Shown here: positions 44,680 through 55,335 of the stretch, one piece after another | Layout: each line of letters starts with the position of its first letter | Position numbering within the stretch: the first letter of the stretch is position 1 | Origin: a virus | Direction: 5' to 3' (one strand) | IMG/VR virus record: IMGVR_UViG_3300037628_000643 | Span: 1-64,000 of that record | DNA length: 64,000 nucleotides | The notes under the pieces: generated by a model | The model's input: only the letters and a program-made list of their open reading frames with translations | Told to the model about the DNA's origin: nothing | Database searches by the model: none | Made by a program: the position numbers and the translations under genes

Positions 44680-45867
44680 ATGGCAGGCTCTTCTATCCAA
44701 GGAAACTCGATTGTCCACGCTATGGTACTTCAAGCAAGTGCAGTTTCTGGGAGTCCTTTAACGCCTACGTTCGACATCCTTCCAAGGACGAGCGGTGACA
44801 TTGATATCGCCAAATCGTTCACTCAAAGTGAACTGGTAGATCCGACCAGACAGCCTTCGTTCAATGTGACCACAGGTTCTGAAATTGCAGGCTCCATCGA
44901 GAGTGAACTTGCGGTAGATACTCCCGTGCTTCAGACGATAGTGCAAGGCACCATGCAGAATACATACGTTACTGCTATATCATTCAATGGTTCGGCGACA
45001 TTTACCAACGGAACGTCAAGTATTCTTGCAATCGGAGCATTTACTAACGCAGTCGTTGGTCAGTTTATCGGCGTCTTTGGAACTGTAAGCAATGACGGGG
45101 TATTCAAAATTACTACGGTTACGGACAACGACAACGTGGTGGTGAGCGGAGCACCAACAGATGAAACAATCTCTTGTGATATAGTCTCAAAGGCAATCAG
45201 AAACTCCAATGTACAGCAAGGTTTAACGGTACAGAAACGAATTCCTACTGACTCTGGTATCATTTACAAGACTTTCGAAAACTGTCAAATAGGTACTTTA
45301 AATCTATCTATTACTACTGGCTCAATTGTTACTCTTAATTATGATCTTATCGGACTGGACAAAATCGCTGGCGATGCCATCGTCTCTGGCCAAACAGATA
45401 ATCCCCTTGATGCATCTCGTGTAGCTGGTTCTGTTAATGATGTTGTTGAGTTCTGGATTGATGGAATCGCACAAACCACTGATTCAGTTTGCTTTACAGA
45501 TTTTACGATTTCCGTCGACAATTCAGCTCAGTCAAATCCAGCGATTGGCAAGGAAGGTGCTTGTTCTATCAGTTTCTCGCAAGCAGTAGTAACCGGAACT
45601 TTAGTATCTTATGTAGACGGAACTGACACAACTACAGCAAATAGCGAAGTAGCAAAGCGTGATGCTGAAACACTCTTTAGTCTTGCAGTCGTAATGAAAG
45701 ATGTTGATGGAAACATTCTTGTTATCTCAATGCCTTCTATCCAGTACACTGAACTTACTCAGTCTGATACAGCCAACGGCGATGTGCTGAAAAACAACGG
45801 AACCTTCTCTGGAAACGGAAAAGCTTCTGGGTACGCAATCGAGTTTGACTTTATCGCTGCACCATAA
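44680..45867 (+). CDS. Major tail tube protein
   Basis: 395 aa, Thr/Ser-rich, SEL…RQ motif; lies before chaperones and tape measure. Confidence 0.8.
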   Translation: MAGSSIQGNSIVHAMVLQASAVSGSPLTPTFDILPRTSGDIDIAKSFTQSELVDPTRQPSFNVTTGSEIAGSIESELAVDTPVLQTIVQGTMQNTYVTAISFNGSATFTNGTSSILAIGAFTNAVVGQFIGVFGTVSNDGVFKITTVTDNDNVVVSGAPTDETISCDIVSKAIRNSNVQQGLTVQKRIPTDSGIIYKTFENCQIGTLNLSITTGSIVTLNYDLIGLDKIAGDAIVSGQTDNPLDASRVAGSVNDVVEFWIDGIAQTTDSVCFTDFTISVDNSAQSNPAIGKEGACSISFSQAVVTGTLVSYVDGTDTTTANSEVAKRDAETLFSLAVVMKDVDGNILVISMPSIQYTELTQSDTANGDVLKNNGTFSGNGKASGYAIEFDFIAAP

Positions 45868-45889
45868 ACATAACTGTAGTATACTGCTT

Positions 45890-45917
45890 TGGCGTACATA
45901 TGTGCGCCATTTTTTTT
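45890..45917 (+). terminator. Intrinsic terminator
   Basis: TGGCGTAC…GTGCGCCA plus T-run. Confidence 0.7.
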
Positions 45918-45938
45918 ACCAAAACTAGGAGTTATAAT

Positions 45939-46277
45939 ATGAAAATTGCCATAACATCTCATACTGGTTTTTATGATGCACAAGATGAGCATGATTTCAC
46001 TGGCGAAGGGTTTGTTATTAAACCAATCGATAATACATCAGAGGAATGGGCTGAAGGCTGCATAACTGGAGTCTCTGAGTTAATGACCATATTATCTAGC
46101 GAACTAATGTTTATTGCAATTGACGATAACGAAATCGATGACTTCGTTGGGATTTCAGAAGAACTAGCAACAACTTTAACAGGGACTGCTTTTAGTGATA
46201 TAGAAATCATTGATTGCAGGAATAAAAATGCAAAAGAAACCGTTTCAATTTTACTTGCACAGGAAAAAACACAATGA
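45939..46277 (+). CDS. Hypothetical acidic protein
   Basis: AGGAG RBS before ATG 45939. Confidence 0.6.
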   Translation: MKIAITSHTGFYDAQDEHDFTGEGFVIKPIDNTSEEWAEGCITGVSELMTILSSELMFIAIDDNEIDDFVGISEELATTLTGTAFSDIEIIDCRNKNAKETVSILLAQEKTQ

Positions 46278-46645
46278 AGAAAAAGTTAAAAATCGGCTTT
46301 AAAGATCGGAGTCCAAAAGAAGTAATAATCGATAAAGTTACTTTCATGGTCAAGCCAATGGCTCAAGAAACCATGACAGGACTGGCTCTTTATAGTCAAG
46401 GCATCAAAGACACTCTATTGTCATTAGGTATGAAAAAAGAGTTCGTAAAGACTCATATTACCGGATGGTCTGACCTTTACGATGAAGACGGAGACGAGGT
46501 TGAGTACACACAGGAGCTTGCTGTAGAATATCTAACAGACGATGATTATGACGATCTTCTTATGATGCTTTACTGGAAATCAATCGAGTCTGCAAACATT
46601 GATGCAGAGGAAAAAGAGAAAAATAAAGACAAAGCAAAAAAGTAA
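46274..46645 (+). CDS. Tail assembly chaperone (gpG-like)
   Basis: ITGWSDL-x-DEDG-x-EVEY; ends in slippery A AAA AAG. Confidence 0.85.
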   Translation: MKKKLKIGFKDRSPKEVIIDKVTFMVKPMAQETMTGLALYSQGIKDTLLSLGMKKEFVKTHITGWSDLYDEDGDEVEYTQELAVEYLTDDDYDDLLMMLYWKSIESANIDAEEKEKNKDKAKK

Positions 46646-46956
46646 TTTCCCAGCAGCTTTTTGAGGCAAATGTGAAACCGCATGAGCTTGCAATGCTAAA
46701 GTCTCGCGGAATGATAAAAGCCCCAGAAAGTAATGATGATGTTGACGAAGCTATAAGATGGTATTACTCAACAATCTCTGCCAGAGGCCACGATTATGCT
46801 GCTGGGCTTATTATGAAGCTAACATGGGATCATGTAAAATCTCTGGTTGGATATGAACCTACATTCCTGTCAACAAGAGATTTGGCTTTTTATTGCTTTG
46901 TACTTGATTCTGTATACCTAGAATTCTTGGTTGAGAACAAAGAGAAGCCTAAATGA
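46642..46956 (+). CDS. Tail chaperone -1 frameshift extension (gpT-like)
   Basis: -1 frame is open from 46642 into ORF 46672..46956. Confidence 0.8.
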   Translation, partial: VISQQLFEANVKPHELAMLKSRGMIKAPESNDDVDEAIRWYYSTISARGHDYAAGLIMKLTWDHVKSLVGYEPTFLSTRDLAFYCFVLDSVYLEFLVENKEKPK

Positions 46957-46991
46957 TATAATAGGAATACCATTAACTGTGAGCATCTATA

Positions 46992-49688
46992 ATGTCTATC
47001 GAAAGAAAAATAAAAATAACTTTAGATGCCTCATCCGCTAAAGCGAGTATTGACGAGCTCGCAAAAAAGCTAAATACACTGACAGGATCAACTGGAAACT
47101 TAACTTCTGCTCAAAGAAGGCAAGCTAGATCTCAAACTAATTTAAATAAAAAAATAGTTGACACCAATAGATCTTTAAATGCCATGAATGGCCTATTAAG
47201 GAAAGTTGCTACTGCAGCTACAATTTTTACTGGCATACGTTTAGCTGACGACTTTAACGAGTTACAAAACAGATTAAGAATCACGCTGCAAGAAGGTGAG
47301 AAATTAGTCGATGTCCAAGAATCAATCATTGATGTATCGCTGAGAACAAGATCTGCACTTGCAGAAAATGCTCTGTTATATTTGCGATTATCTAACTCTG
47401 TTGACAGAACTGTAACGTCTCAAGCAGAGTTACTTAAGATAACTGAAACAGTTAACAAAGCCGTACAATTGGGTGGATCATCTGCGCAAGAAGCAGCTGG
47501 TGCTGTTCGACAGTTTACCCAAATTATCTCAGCTGGATTTTCTAGTGGATTCTCTCAAGAAATTAACTCCATATCTGAGCAGACTCCAGGCTTATTCAAA
47601 TTAATAGAAAATGGATTAAGAGAGACATCTAAAGAATTTAGAGAGCTTGAAGAGTCTGGGCTTGGCGCTGTTAAAATATTGAAAACATTCTCGGAGGAAG
47701 GTATCGGTGACCTAGATACATTGCTTGAAGCCATCAACTCTCAATTTGAAGTAACTAATGAAGAGTTCAAAAAGATTGATGTAACAGTATCAAAAGCTTT
47801 AGGAAACCTGAAGACAGGAATAGAAGCTTACATTGGTAGAGCTGATGACGCATTAAACATAACACCAAAGCTGGCTCAAAAAATAAACGATCTAGCCATA
47901 AATTTTGACGATTTTGCATTCGAAGTAACGGTATTGACCGCAGCCATGGGAGCAGCACTTGCGGCAACAATATTAATCACTGCAGCAATGGGAGCATTTA
48001 ATGCCGTATTGCTTGTTACGAAAAGAAACCTAGTTGGCGTATCCAAGATAGGATTATTATTCGTTAAGTTTGTTCGCATACTAACGCCTATCGGTGTTGC
48101 TTTCACCGTTATATCGTTAGCTGTTGTAGCATTAATAAAAGACATTGGTGTATTTGAAGATGGACTTATAACTGTTGGTGATAAATTCACCGATATAAGT
48201 GGTTTGGCAAAAGCCATATTCAAAACAATTGGAGATAGATTCAAGAATTTTGCATCAAATATAATTGGAACACTATCAGCCGTAGCCAACAACATAAGAA
48301 TGCTATTGACTGGCTTTTATGAGCGGTGGTTTAAAAGAGATGTTGATTTAGTAATCGATGCATTCAATTTCCTTGGAAATAAAGTATCAGAGATATTCGG
48401 GTTTATATTGGACATAATTCCTTTTAAGGCTATGGCAGAAGCTGCCAGAGATAACATTAATACCGTAATAGGTTTTTTTGTATTGCTGGGACGATCAGTA
48501 AGTATCGTCTTTGAAGGATTAAAGCAAGGATTTAAAGATATATTCAACAATGGAATAAACCTAATAAAAGCATTGGGCCCAGCGCTTATTGCCGCAGGGA
48601 AGCTGAACTTTAAAGAAGCAGGAGAAATCTTGTCTACAGCATTTGCTGATAGTTTTTCTGGAAGTCTAATAGGTGATTTCGAAACGCTATTCTCCGAGGC
48701 AAAAGGTATTTTAGGTGACACTGATTTTCTTGGTGAAATAATATCTCAAAGTGAAGTGTCTGTAGAAAAGTTTAAGCAATTTGTTTCTGCGATACCAGAG
48801 GCTGTAAGAGATAGCTTTGAAAGCTCTTTAGATTTCATAACCTTCGCATGGACTGAATTTAAAGAAGATGTAGAAAAAAATATAGACTCTCTGAATAAAA
48901 AAATAACAGGGACGCCTTTAAGTTTAGAGCTTGAAATTGATCCAGAGAAAATAAATCTTTTTGAACAAATTGAACTGAGACTACAACTTCTTGGCGAAAA
49001 CCTAGCATTCCTTGGCAAGAACATAGTGAAAAATTTAGGCAGCTTATTTTCAAAAGAATCTGCTGTTACTGCATTCGGAGGTTTCGCTGACGCGATTGAA
49101 GATATATTTAGTAAGATTGGTAAGTCATTAAACCTTGAATCTATAAAAGATAATTTTGCAGAAATAAGAGATGCTATGGCAGAATCAATCATATCTTTTA
49201 CAGATCTTTTTTCCACGCTATCCAGTATCAGGCAAGACAAGCTTGATGAAGAACTAAGGACATCTGTCAATTTGTCAGACGAGGAAAGAGCTGCTAAAGA
49301 AAAGAATGCCAAGGCATCTTTTGATAACAGCAAGAGACTGACGCTAGCTGGAATAGCATTACAAACTGGCTTAGCGATAATGAATGCTTTAGCCCAGACA
49401 ACACCGAATTTTTTAATCAATCTAGCAAACGCAGCTGGTGCAGCAGCTATGGGCGCAGCTCAATATGCAAAAGCTAATGCACAGCAATATAAAGCTCCAA
49501 GTGCTCCATCGGGCGGAGGAATTAGTGCTGGATCTTCAAGCATATCCAACAACACTCAGAACGTTACTACCACAGTAAACATCACTGGCGGCGTAGGATT
49601 TTCTATAGAAGACCTGCAAAAGATTTTTGATGACGATGTTGTTATAATAAATAAAGACTCAGCGCAAGGTAGGCAGCTCCGTGGCTAA
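46992..49688 (+). CDS. Tape measure protein
   Basis: LQNRL…TR…LY…GGSSAQEAAGAVRQFTQ…EINSISEQTP; long helical region. Confidence 0.9.
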   Translation: MSIERKIKITLDASSAKASIDELAKKLNTLTGSTGNLTSAQRRQARSQTNLNKKIVDTNRSLNAMNGLLRKVATAATIFTGIRLADDFNELQNRLRITLQEGEKLVDVQESIIDVSLRTRSALAENALLYLRLSNSVDRTVTSQAELLKITETVNKAVQLGGSSAQEAAGAVRQFTQIISAGFSSGFSQEINSISEQTPGLFKLIENGLRETSKEFRELEESGLGAVKILKTFSEEGIGDLDTLLEAINSQFEVTNEEFKKIDVTVSKALGNLKTGIEAYIGRADDALNITPKLAQKINDLAINFDDFAFEVTVLTAAMGAALAATILITAAMGAFNAVLLVTKRNLVGVSKIGLLFVKFVRILTPIGVAFTVISLAVVALIKDIGVFEDGLITVGDKFTDISGLAKAIFKTIGDRFKNFASNIIGTLSAVANNIRMLLTGFYERWFKRDVDLVIDAFNFLGNKVSEIFGFILDIIPFKAMAEAARDNINTVIGFFVLLGRSVSIVFEGLKQGFKDIFNNGINLIKALGPALIAAGKLNFKEAGEILSTAFADSFSGSLIGDFETLFSEAKGILGDTDFLGEIISQSEVSVEKFKQFVSAIPEAVRDSFESSLDFITFAWTEFKEDVEKNIDSLNKKITGTPLSLELEIDPEKINLFEQIELRLQLLGENLAFLGKNIVKNLGSLFSKESAVTAFGGFADAIEDIFSKIGKSLNLESIKDNFAEIRDAMAESIISFTDLFSTLSSIRQDKLDEELRTSVNLSDEERAAKEKNAKASFDNSKRLTLAGIALQTGLAIMNALAQTTPNFLINLANAAGAAAMGAAQYAKANAQQYKAPSAPSGGGISAGSSSISNNTQNVTTTVNITGGVGFSIEDLQKIFDDDVVIINKDSAQGRQLRG

Positions 49689-50118
49689 TGCAAGAATAGA
49701 ATTTTTACCAAAAAGAAACCTTATTTCTCCAGCCCCTGACTTGGAGACCTTATATCCTATAGATGTTACACTAGCTACATATGGTCATGGAATAGACATT
49801 AATGTAAAAGAATCAAAAACCTTGAGTGGTATTGTGTCAAAGTCTCTTTACAGTATTAATGAGACAACCACTTATGAGATCATTCCTATAGCTGGAGAAG
49901 CAACTACCGAAGAAATTCAGATGTTTCTATACTCTGTTGTCGCTGGTGAGGAATTTACAGCTACAGATATTGATGATCCAGCATTTGATATTGATGATCT
50001 GGCAAACAGCCCTACACTAACATTACAACTAACAGACAGATGGTCAAGAGACAGGAGAAGTAAAGTGGAAGTTGGTCAGTTTATTTATAGCTTTAATGGT
50101 CGAGAGGTTAATGCGTAG
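49681..50118 (+). CDS. Distal tail protein (putative)
   Basis: Synteny after tape measure. Confidence 0.5.
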   Translation: MANARIEFLPKRNLISPAPDLETLYPIDVTLATYGHGIDINVKESKTLSGIVSKSLYSINETTTYEIIPIAGEATTEEIQMFLYSVVAGEEFTATDIDDPAFDIDDLANSPTLTLQLTDRWSRDRRSKVEVGQFIYSFNGREVNA

Positions 50119-53100
50119 TGAGACAGCTTTCTGATGCGTACAGACAGGCTAACACCGCTTATTCACGCGAGCCTAGGTTTTATGCAAAAATACTAAATGA
50201 CACCAAAACAATATACATTACATCGCATAGTGACATAACTATTGTTGATGTTGGTTCAGAAATATTTAGTGGTGTATTAACATCGTCTGTCGGTAATTCA
50301 CAAAAAATAACTCCTGAACGCGGATACTCTACTATTGGCGGAGCATCTTTATCACTTAAGGATCTTGGTTTTACAGAACTGTTGCGCGATCTTAAAGATA
50401 ACTTTAATGATACGCTGAACAATAACAAGGTAGAACTGTACACTGGGTTCAAGGATTTAGACACTGCAGACTATACACTGATCATTCCAATGTACGTCAC
50501 TGGCATTGACAACAATGAACTTGACTACATCTTAAAATTAAGCGACACACAAAGATTTGTAAAAAAATCAATATTCAAGAACTTAGCATTAACAAAAGTC
50601 GTAACATCTCTCGGTTATGATACAGGTTCTATAGAGGTTGTATCTTCTGATGAATTTAATCGGGTAGAGCATGACTCAGGATGGACTGATGCCCCAAGCG
50701 CTACTGTTGGCTATTTTTCTATCAGCGGAACGAATGAATACGGCGAAGACATAGAAGAGATAGCAAGATGGACTTCTGCTCCTGACTCTACACACTTTAT
50801 TGTTGACGCAAGAGGGCTTTTTGGCACAAGACCTGTTGACATAGTAGGATCTATTGATGAGGGCAGTAGTGAGTTAAAAGAGCTTGTTTACCTTGATTTA
50901 CCTGTACCTAAAATGATACTTGCTTTAATGACTGGAGACCTGCTTAATCAGGTTGGAGCTACACTACCAGATAGTTGGCATGCAGCTGTAGAGGCGTCAC
51001 TAATAAGTTTATCTTCATTTGTAAATATAGGCGATGACCTTTCGAACTTTAATCTCCAATTCATTGGTGAATCTGATCAAGAGGCAAAAGGGTTTATAGC
51101 TAACCAATGCATGGCGCCAATGAATTTGTTTACATTCATCAATCAAAACGGTGAGCTTAATTTAAAGCGTTTTTCTGCGCAATCATTAGTATCTCCAGGA
51201 AACTTAATATTAGATTACGATAAATTAACAGCCATATCTCCAATCGAAAGAGACGCTAAATCGATAAGAAACATATTTTCTATAAACTGGGAGTGGCAGT
51301 TTAGCGGAGAATATTTCGCTAGAAGAGATATTTATATTGATGGAGATAGCATAGCCAGAAACAATCAGACATCTGTTGATTATCAGCTGGACTTGCGCGG
51401 CATAAGAAATTCTGGAAGAGAAGCAAAAACATCACTAGATAGTTTGGCAGAAGGAATTCGAGCCAGATTCAGCGAGCCAAGAGTTATCCCTACTGCATCA
51501 TGCTTAATCAGGGATACTATTGAGCTTGAGGTTGGAGACGTTGTTCTTCTTGACCTTCCAAATCAACCTGACTTCGCGTCTCCAGATACGCTATTCTCTT
51601 CATTTGAAGTGCAAGGGATAACATGGGATTTTCTAGCTGGAACATCTGTATTAAGTTTATTCGGATCTAGCGGTTCTGCTACACCAATAGGCTTGACTTC
51701 TGGAGAAGACATACCACTTCTTACTCATGATGGTTCATGGACTGATATAACCGGAGTTTTGACGGGAACAGACTCTGGAGGAACATTTACCGTAACTGCA
51801 AATGGAAACCTTCCTAGTGGAAAGTATTTCTATGATGGCAATATAGTTATTAATACTGGAATAACCGTTACGTTTAATGGCTCTACATGGATAGATTGTT
51901 TGGATTTCAGTATTATCGGCACAGGGAAAATGGACGGCGCTGGTCGATCAGGTGTTCTTACGGCTGGGTTTTTTGGCGGAAATGATTCAGCACAAGAAGG
52001 CATGAAAAGAACTTTTGATGGCTCACTTTTTCCAGACTCGTACTATGTGAGACAAACACCTGGAAAAAATTCAGATAAAATAGCTGCATCTAATACAGTA
52101 GTACCGAGTGGTACTCTAGCGACAATTGACGAAGCAAATAACTTAACCGGAATAGATTTCTCGGCTGCGCTGTACGGCAATGCTGGAGGGACAGGAGGCA
52201 CGCTTGTATTCAGATCTCAAGTGCTTGATAGCGAAGATGATCATCTCGGCGGTGACAAGGTTTCTGGAGGTGCAGGTCTGGGTCTTATCTGTACAAATTT
52301 ATTCGCTACCAATAAATCAATAATAACGAATGGAAGCGACAATGACTTTACAGTAGGTAATGCAACTGCCGCTGGAGGAGGTAGCGGTGACTTCTATGCA
52401 GGAGCCGGTGGATTCGGTTGGCCTGGGGCTGTATTATGCTATCTAAAAGATAGAACCTCAGTTGTTCCGTCTATAAGAAATATCGTTGAAGCACGAACAG
52501 GCTCATGGGATGAAGCCGATGGATTCACTGTGGGATTTAGGCCGAAAACTAATGGGGCAAGAACAAGACAAAACAGATCCTCTGGCGACAAAATTGCACC
52601 TATATTCCCTAGCCAAGCTGCACTAGCTGATAATGATTTCTCATCAGATGCATCAATTGTTTATCGAATAGCAAAAGCATCTGATCATGTTCCAGTCCCA
52701 GGTACGGACATAACACCAACGGCAAAACTTCCTACATTATCGACTATAGAAGAAGTTAACTTACCAAAGACACCACTTGGAAATCAAACAACAGTAACTA
52801 TAACGGCAGTCGCAGCAATTGGAGATGATGCATATTCATATACACAATTCGCCTATAGATTAAAAGGGCAGCTACAGTGGGTTCCTATTTCTTATGGTAT
52901 CAGAAATGAGTCTACCGTAACTGTTGTCGCTGACGGTTCAACCTATGAATTTAGTGGTCAACCTGTAAATAATCAAGGGGTAGCATCCACTGGTCGATCA
53001 ATTATTGAGCATACAGTAAAATTAGTATCGAAAGATTCTGATGTCGGTGATGCTACGCCATCAATACCTCCAATACAACGCCTAGAGCTGGTTAATAGTG

Positions 53101-54746
53101 TTACAGGGCAAGGTGGTGATGGATGGGATCAATGGAAAGGCCCAGATGCTATTTTCAGATGGGCTAAATTATCTATAACAAATAGCGGAAATATTGTTAC
53201 TCCAAACGGAATACTTGATCTTCATTTGGATGGATATCGTATTAGTATTTATGATTCTAGCGATAATTTATTGCGCGAAGAAATAGTAAGGGACAGTACC
53301 TTTACTTATACTTTAGAAAAAAATAGAAGAGACACAAATTTAAATCCAGTTCGTAATCTTAAATTTCAAATTCAAGCTGTTACTGTCAGTGGCTTCGAAG
53401 GTGAAGTGTCTGAACTGATTGTTTCTAATCCAGCACCTAGTGTTCCGGCTAATGTTACTTATAATCCTGGGTTTAGCTCTATTGCCATAAATTTTGACTT
53501 TCCAAACGATCTTGATTTCGTTGGTGTCAATCTTTATATAGCTGAAAGCCCTACAGACCCACTTACTATTGATCCTATATTGCTTACTGGCAATAACACA
53601 ATTCGTGACGCGCTAGATTCTGGCACAACATACGGAATAGTGCTTGAATCGGTTGACCAATTTGGTATTGGTGCACAGACCACCCAAGCAAATATAGTTA
53701 CAGACCTAATTAATGCCCAAAACATTGGCGACCTAACCGGAACCATTACGCTAGATGAGAATGGCGGTCAGATAATAACTAATAACGATAACTTTATCTC
53801 TGTTATGGGAGCAGTTGATCGAGCTGGATTCGGTAATGGTACGCTAGTATTTCATACGTGGGATGGCAACACTGCTCCGTTTTGGGTGGACAGCGCTGGT
53901 GACGCTGCCTTTAGTGGAACTGTTACTGCCTCTACTTTTGTTGGCGGACTGGTGTCTAATGTGGAGGGAGCTTCCTTTGGAGATGACGGATATCAGCTTG
54001 GCGTGTTTGGTGGGATTCCTAAGTTTCATGTGGGTAATGGTAATAAATTTGTTCAGTTTGACGGCACTAATATTGTAACTGGAAAGGAGTCTGTTTTAAG
54101 GGGTGTTCGGTCATTCAATACAGATCAGCTTATTTGGTATGACAATATGGTTGGGGTAGACGTAATTCAAAAATCAGCTGGTGCAACATTTTCTTTCAAT
54201 CAGCAGCAGGGACTTATAATCACCGTTCCTAGTAGCGCTCTTGATGAGTGGACTCACACTGTAGTCGGTCGAACAGGAGTATCCCTTACTGGGCAAAAAA
54301 TAAACATGGAAAAGAATGGAAGACTTAAAGTTGGAATGACTGGTTCTGCAAGCACCAACGGTACTGTGTATGTATTAGCTGGCAGTAAAAATATATTAAT
54401 AGACACTACTGGGTCATTTGACAGAAATTGGGGCTTCAAGCTTGAAGGGAACGTTGCTTTTGCATACTACCAAGAGGGTAACACTAGGCGAATAGCTACA
54501 ACTGGAATTACTGTTACAACAAATAAGTCAATTTTTGAGGTTGAGTACTTTGGCCTTGAAGGGCGGTGCTTAGTTACAGTTATAGATGAGTTTGGCGTTA
54601 TTGTTGGTACATCACAAGTAATCTCAACTCCTGCCACAGGTAGCGTCTTTGAGATATGGACTCATCAGATACATAGAAGTATCGCGCAAGGAGTTGTCTC
54701 AAGATCCACTATACTGTCCGATATATTTATAGAACAAGATGCATGA
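50118..54746 (+). CDS. Tail tip / hub / central fibre protein
   Basis: 1542 aa; LEVGDVV hub motif, FnIII-like segments, VSNPAP motif. Confidence 0.8.
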   Translation: MRQLSDAYRQANTAYSREPRFYAKILNDTKTIYITSHSDITIVDVGSEIFSGVLTSSVGNSQKITPERGYSTIGGASLSLKDLGFTELLRDLKDNFNDTLNNNKVELYTGFKDLDTADYTLIIPMYVTGIDNNELDYILKLSDTQRFVKKSIFKNLALTKVVTSLGYDTGSIEVVSSDEFNRVEHDSGWTDAPSATVGYFSISGTNEYGEDIEEIARWTSAPDSTHFIVDARGLFGTRPVDIVGSIDEGSSELKELVYLDLPVPKMILALMTGDLLNQVGATLPDSWHAAVEASLISLSSFVNIGDDLSNFNLQFIGESDQEAKGFIANQCMAPMNLFTFINQNGELNLKRFSAQSLVSPGNLILDYDKLTAISPIERDAKSIRNIFSINWEWQFSGEYFARRDIYIDGDSIARNNQTSVDYQLDLRGIRNSGREAKTSLDSLAEGIRARFSEPRVIPTASCLIRDTIELEVGDVVLLDLPNQPDFASPDTLFSSFEVQGITWDFLAGTSVLSLFGSSGSATPIGLTSGEDIPLLTHDGSWTDITGVLTGTDSGGTFTVTANGNLPSGKYFYDGNIVINTGITVTFNGSTWIDCLDFSIIGTGKMDGAGRSGVLTAGFFGGNDSAQEGMKRTFDGSLFPDSYYVRQTPGKNSDKIAASNTVVPSGTLATIDEANNLTGIDFSAALYGNAGGTGGTLVFRSQVLDSEDDHLGGDKVSGGAGLGLICTNLFATNKSIITNGSDNDFTVGNATAAGGGSGDFYAGAGGFGWPGAVLCYLKDRTSVVPSIRNIVEARTGSWDEADGFTVGFRPKTNGARTRQNRSSGDKIAPIFPSQAALADNDFSSDASIVYRIAKASDHVPVPGTDITPTAKLPTLSTIEEVNLPKTPLGNQTTVTITAVAAIGDDAYSYTQFAYRLKGQLQWVPISYGIRNESTVTVVADGSTYEFSGQPVNNQGVASTGRSIIEHTVKLVSKDSDVGDATPSIPPIQRLELVNSVTGQGGDGWDQWKGPDAIFRWAKLSITNSGNIVTPNGILDLHLDGYRISIYDSSDNLLREEIVRDSTFTYTLEKNRRDTNLNPVRNLKFQIQAVTVSGFEGEVSELIVSNPAPSVPANVTYNPGFSSIAINFDFPNDLDFVGVNLYIAESPTDPLTIDPILLTGNNTIRDALDSGTTYGIVLESVDQFGIGAQTTQANIVTDLINAQNIGDLTGTITLDENGGQIITNNDNFISVMGAVDRAGFGNGTLVFHTWDGNTAPFWVDSAGDAAFSGTVTASTFVGGLVSNVEGASFGDDGYQLGVFGGIPKFHVGNGNKFVQFDGTNIVTGKESVLRGVRSFNTDQLIWYDNMVGVDVIQKSAGATFSFNQQQGLIITVPSSALDEWTHTVVGRTGVSLTGQKINMEKNGRLKVGMTGSASTNGTVYVLAGSKNILIDTTGSFDRNWGFKLEGNVAFAYYQEGNTRRIATTGITVTTNKSIFEVEYFGLEGRCLVTVIDEFGVIVGTSQVISTPATGSVFEIWTHQIHRSIAQGVVSRSTILSDIFIEQDA

Positions 54747-54808
54747 AAACATTTGACTACAATGCTTTATTATGCTAGCATTGTAGTCAGCTAATCAAGG
54801 AGAAACAT

Positions 54809-55291
54809 ATGAAATCAATCATTTTTTTAATGTTACTAAGCTTTAACTTAAATGCTGCAGAACTAAATCTAGGGTTTTATAGCTTTCACTTGTTTTCTTC
54901 TGGGCTAAATGAAAGTAACTATCTTATAGGTATATCAACCAAACACGCTGAATTCGGAACCTATCAGAACAGCTATGACGTTAGATCATATTATGTTGCA
55001 AGAAAGTTTTCCTATAATGACAAAATAAGCTTTATGGGTGGAGTGGTGTCTGGTTATAGCTCTGAATGCATTTTTGCATCTAATAAATCATCGCCAGTCC
55101 GAATTGATAAGAACAAAACACCTCCAACACTGACAGGCGTCAGCGCCCCCGAATTACCCCCTGAAATCAATACATGCAATGAATCAGATTTATCCCCTCT
55201 TATAGCCATGGACATAACCCTAACAGACAATGTACATGTAATAGTTATGGGCGATGCATTCATGCTGGTACTAAAACTACCGATAAAATAA
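54809..55291 (+). CDS. PagP-like outer-membrane beta-barrel
   Basis: Signal peptide; S-x-H…LNE-x-N…YQNSY…GVVSGY. Confidence 0.55.
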   Translation: MKSIIFLMLLSFNLNAAELNLGFYSFHLFSSGLNESNYLIGISTKHAEFGTYQNSYDVRSYYVARKFSYNDKISFMGGVVSGYSSECIFASNKSSPVRIDKNKTPPTLTGVSAPELPPEINTCNESDLSPLIAMDITLTDNVHVIVMGDAFMLVLKLPIK

Positions 55292-55335
55292 TTTGTGATA
55301 CAATAGAGAACACTTTATTTTTCTCAGGTCTCTCC

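Noticed and set aside
47132-49420. Long antisense ORFs within the tape measure gene and elsewhere
   Set aside because: Shadow ORFs from codon bias; no recognisable motifs
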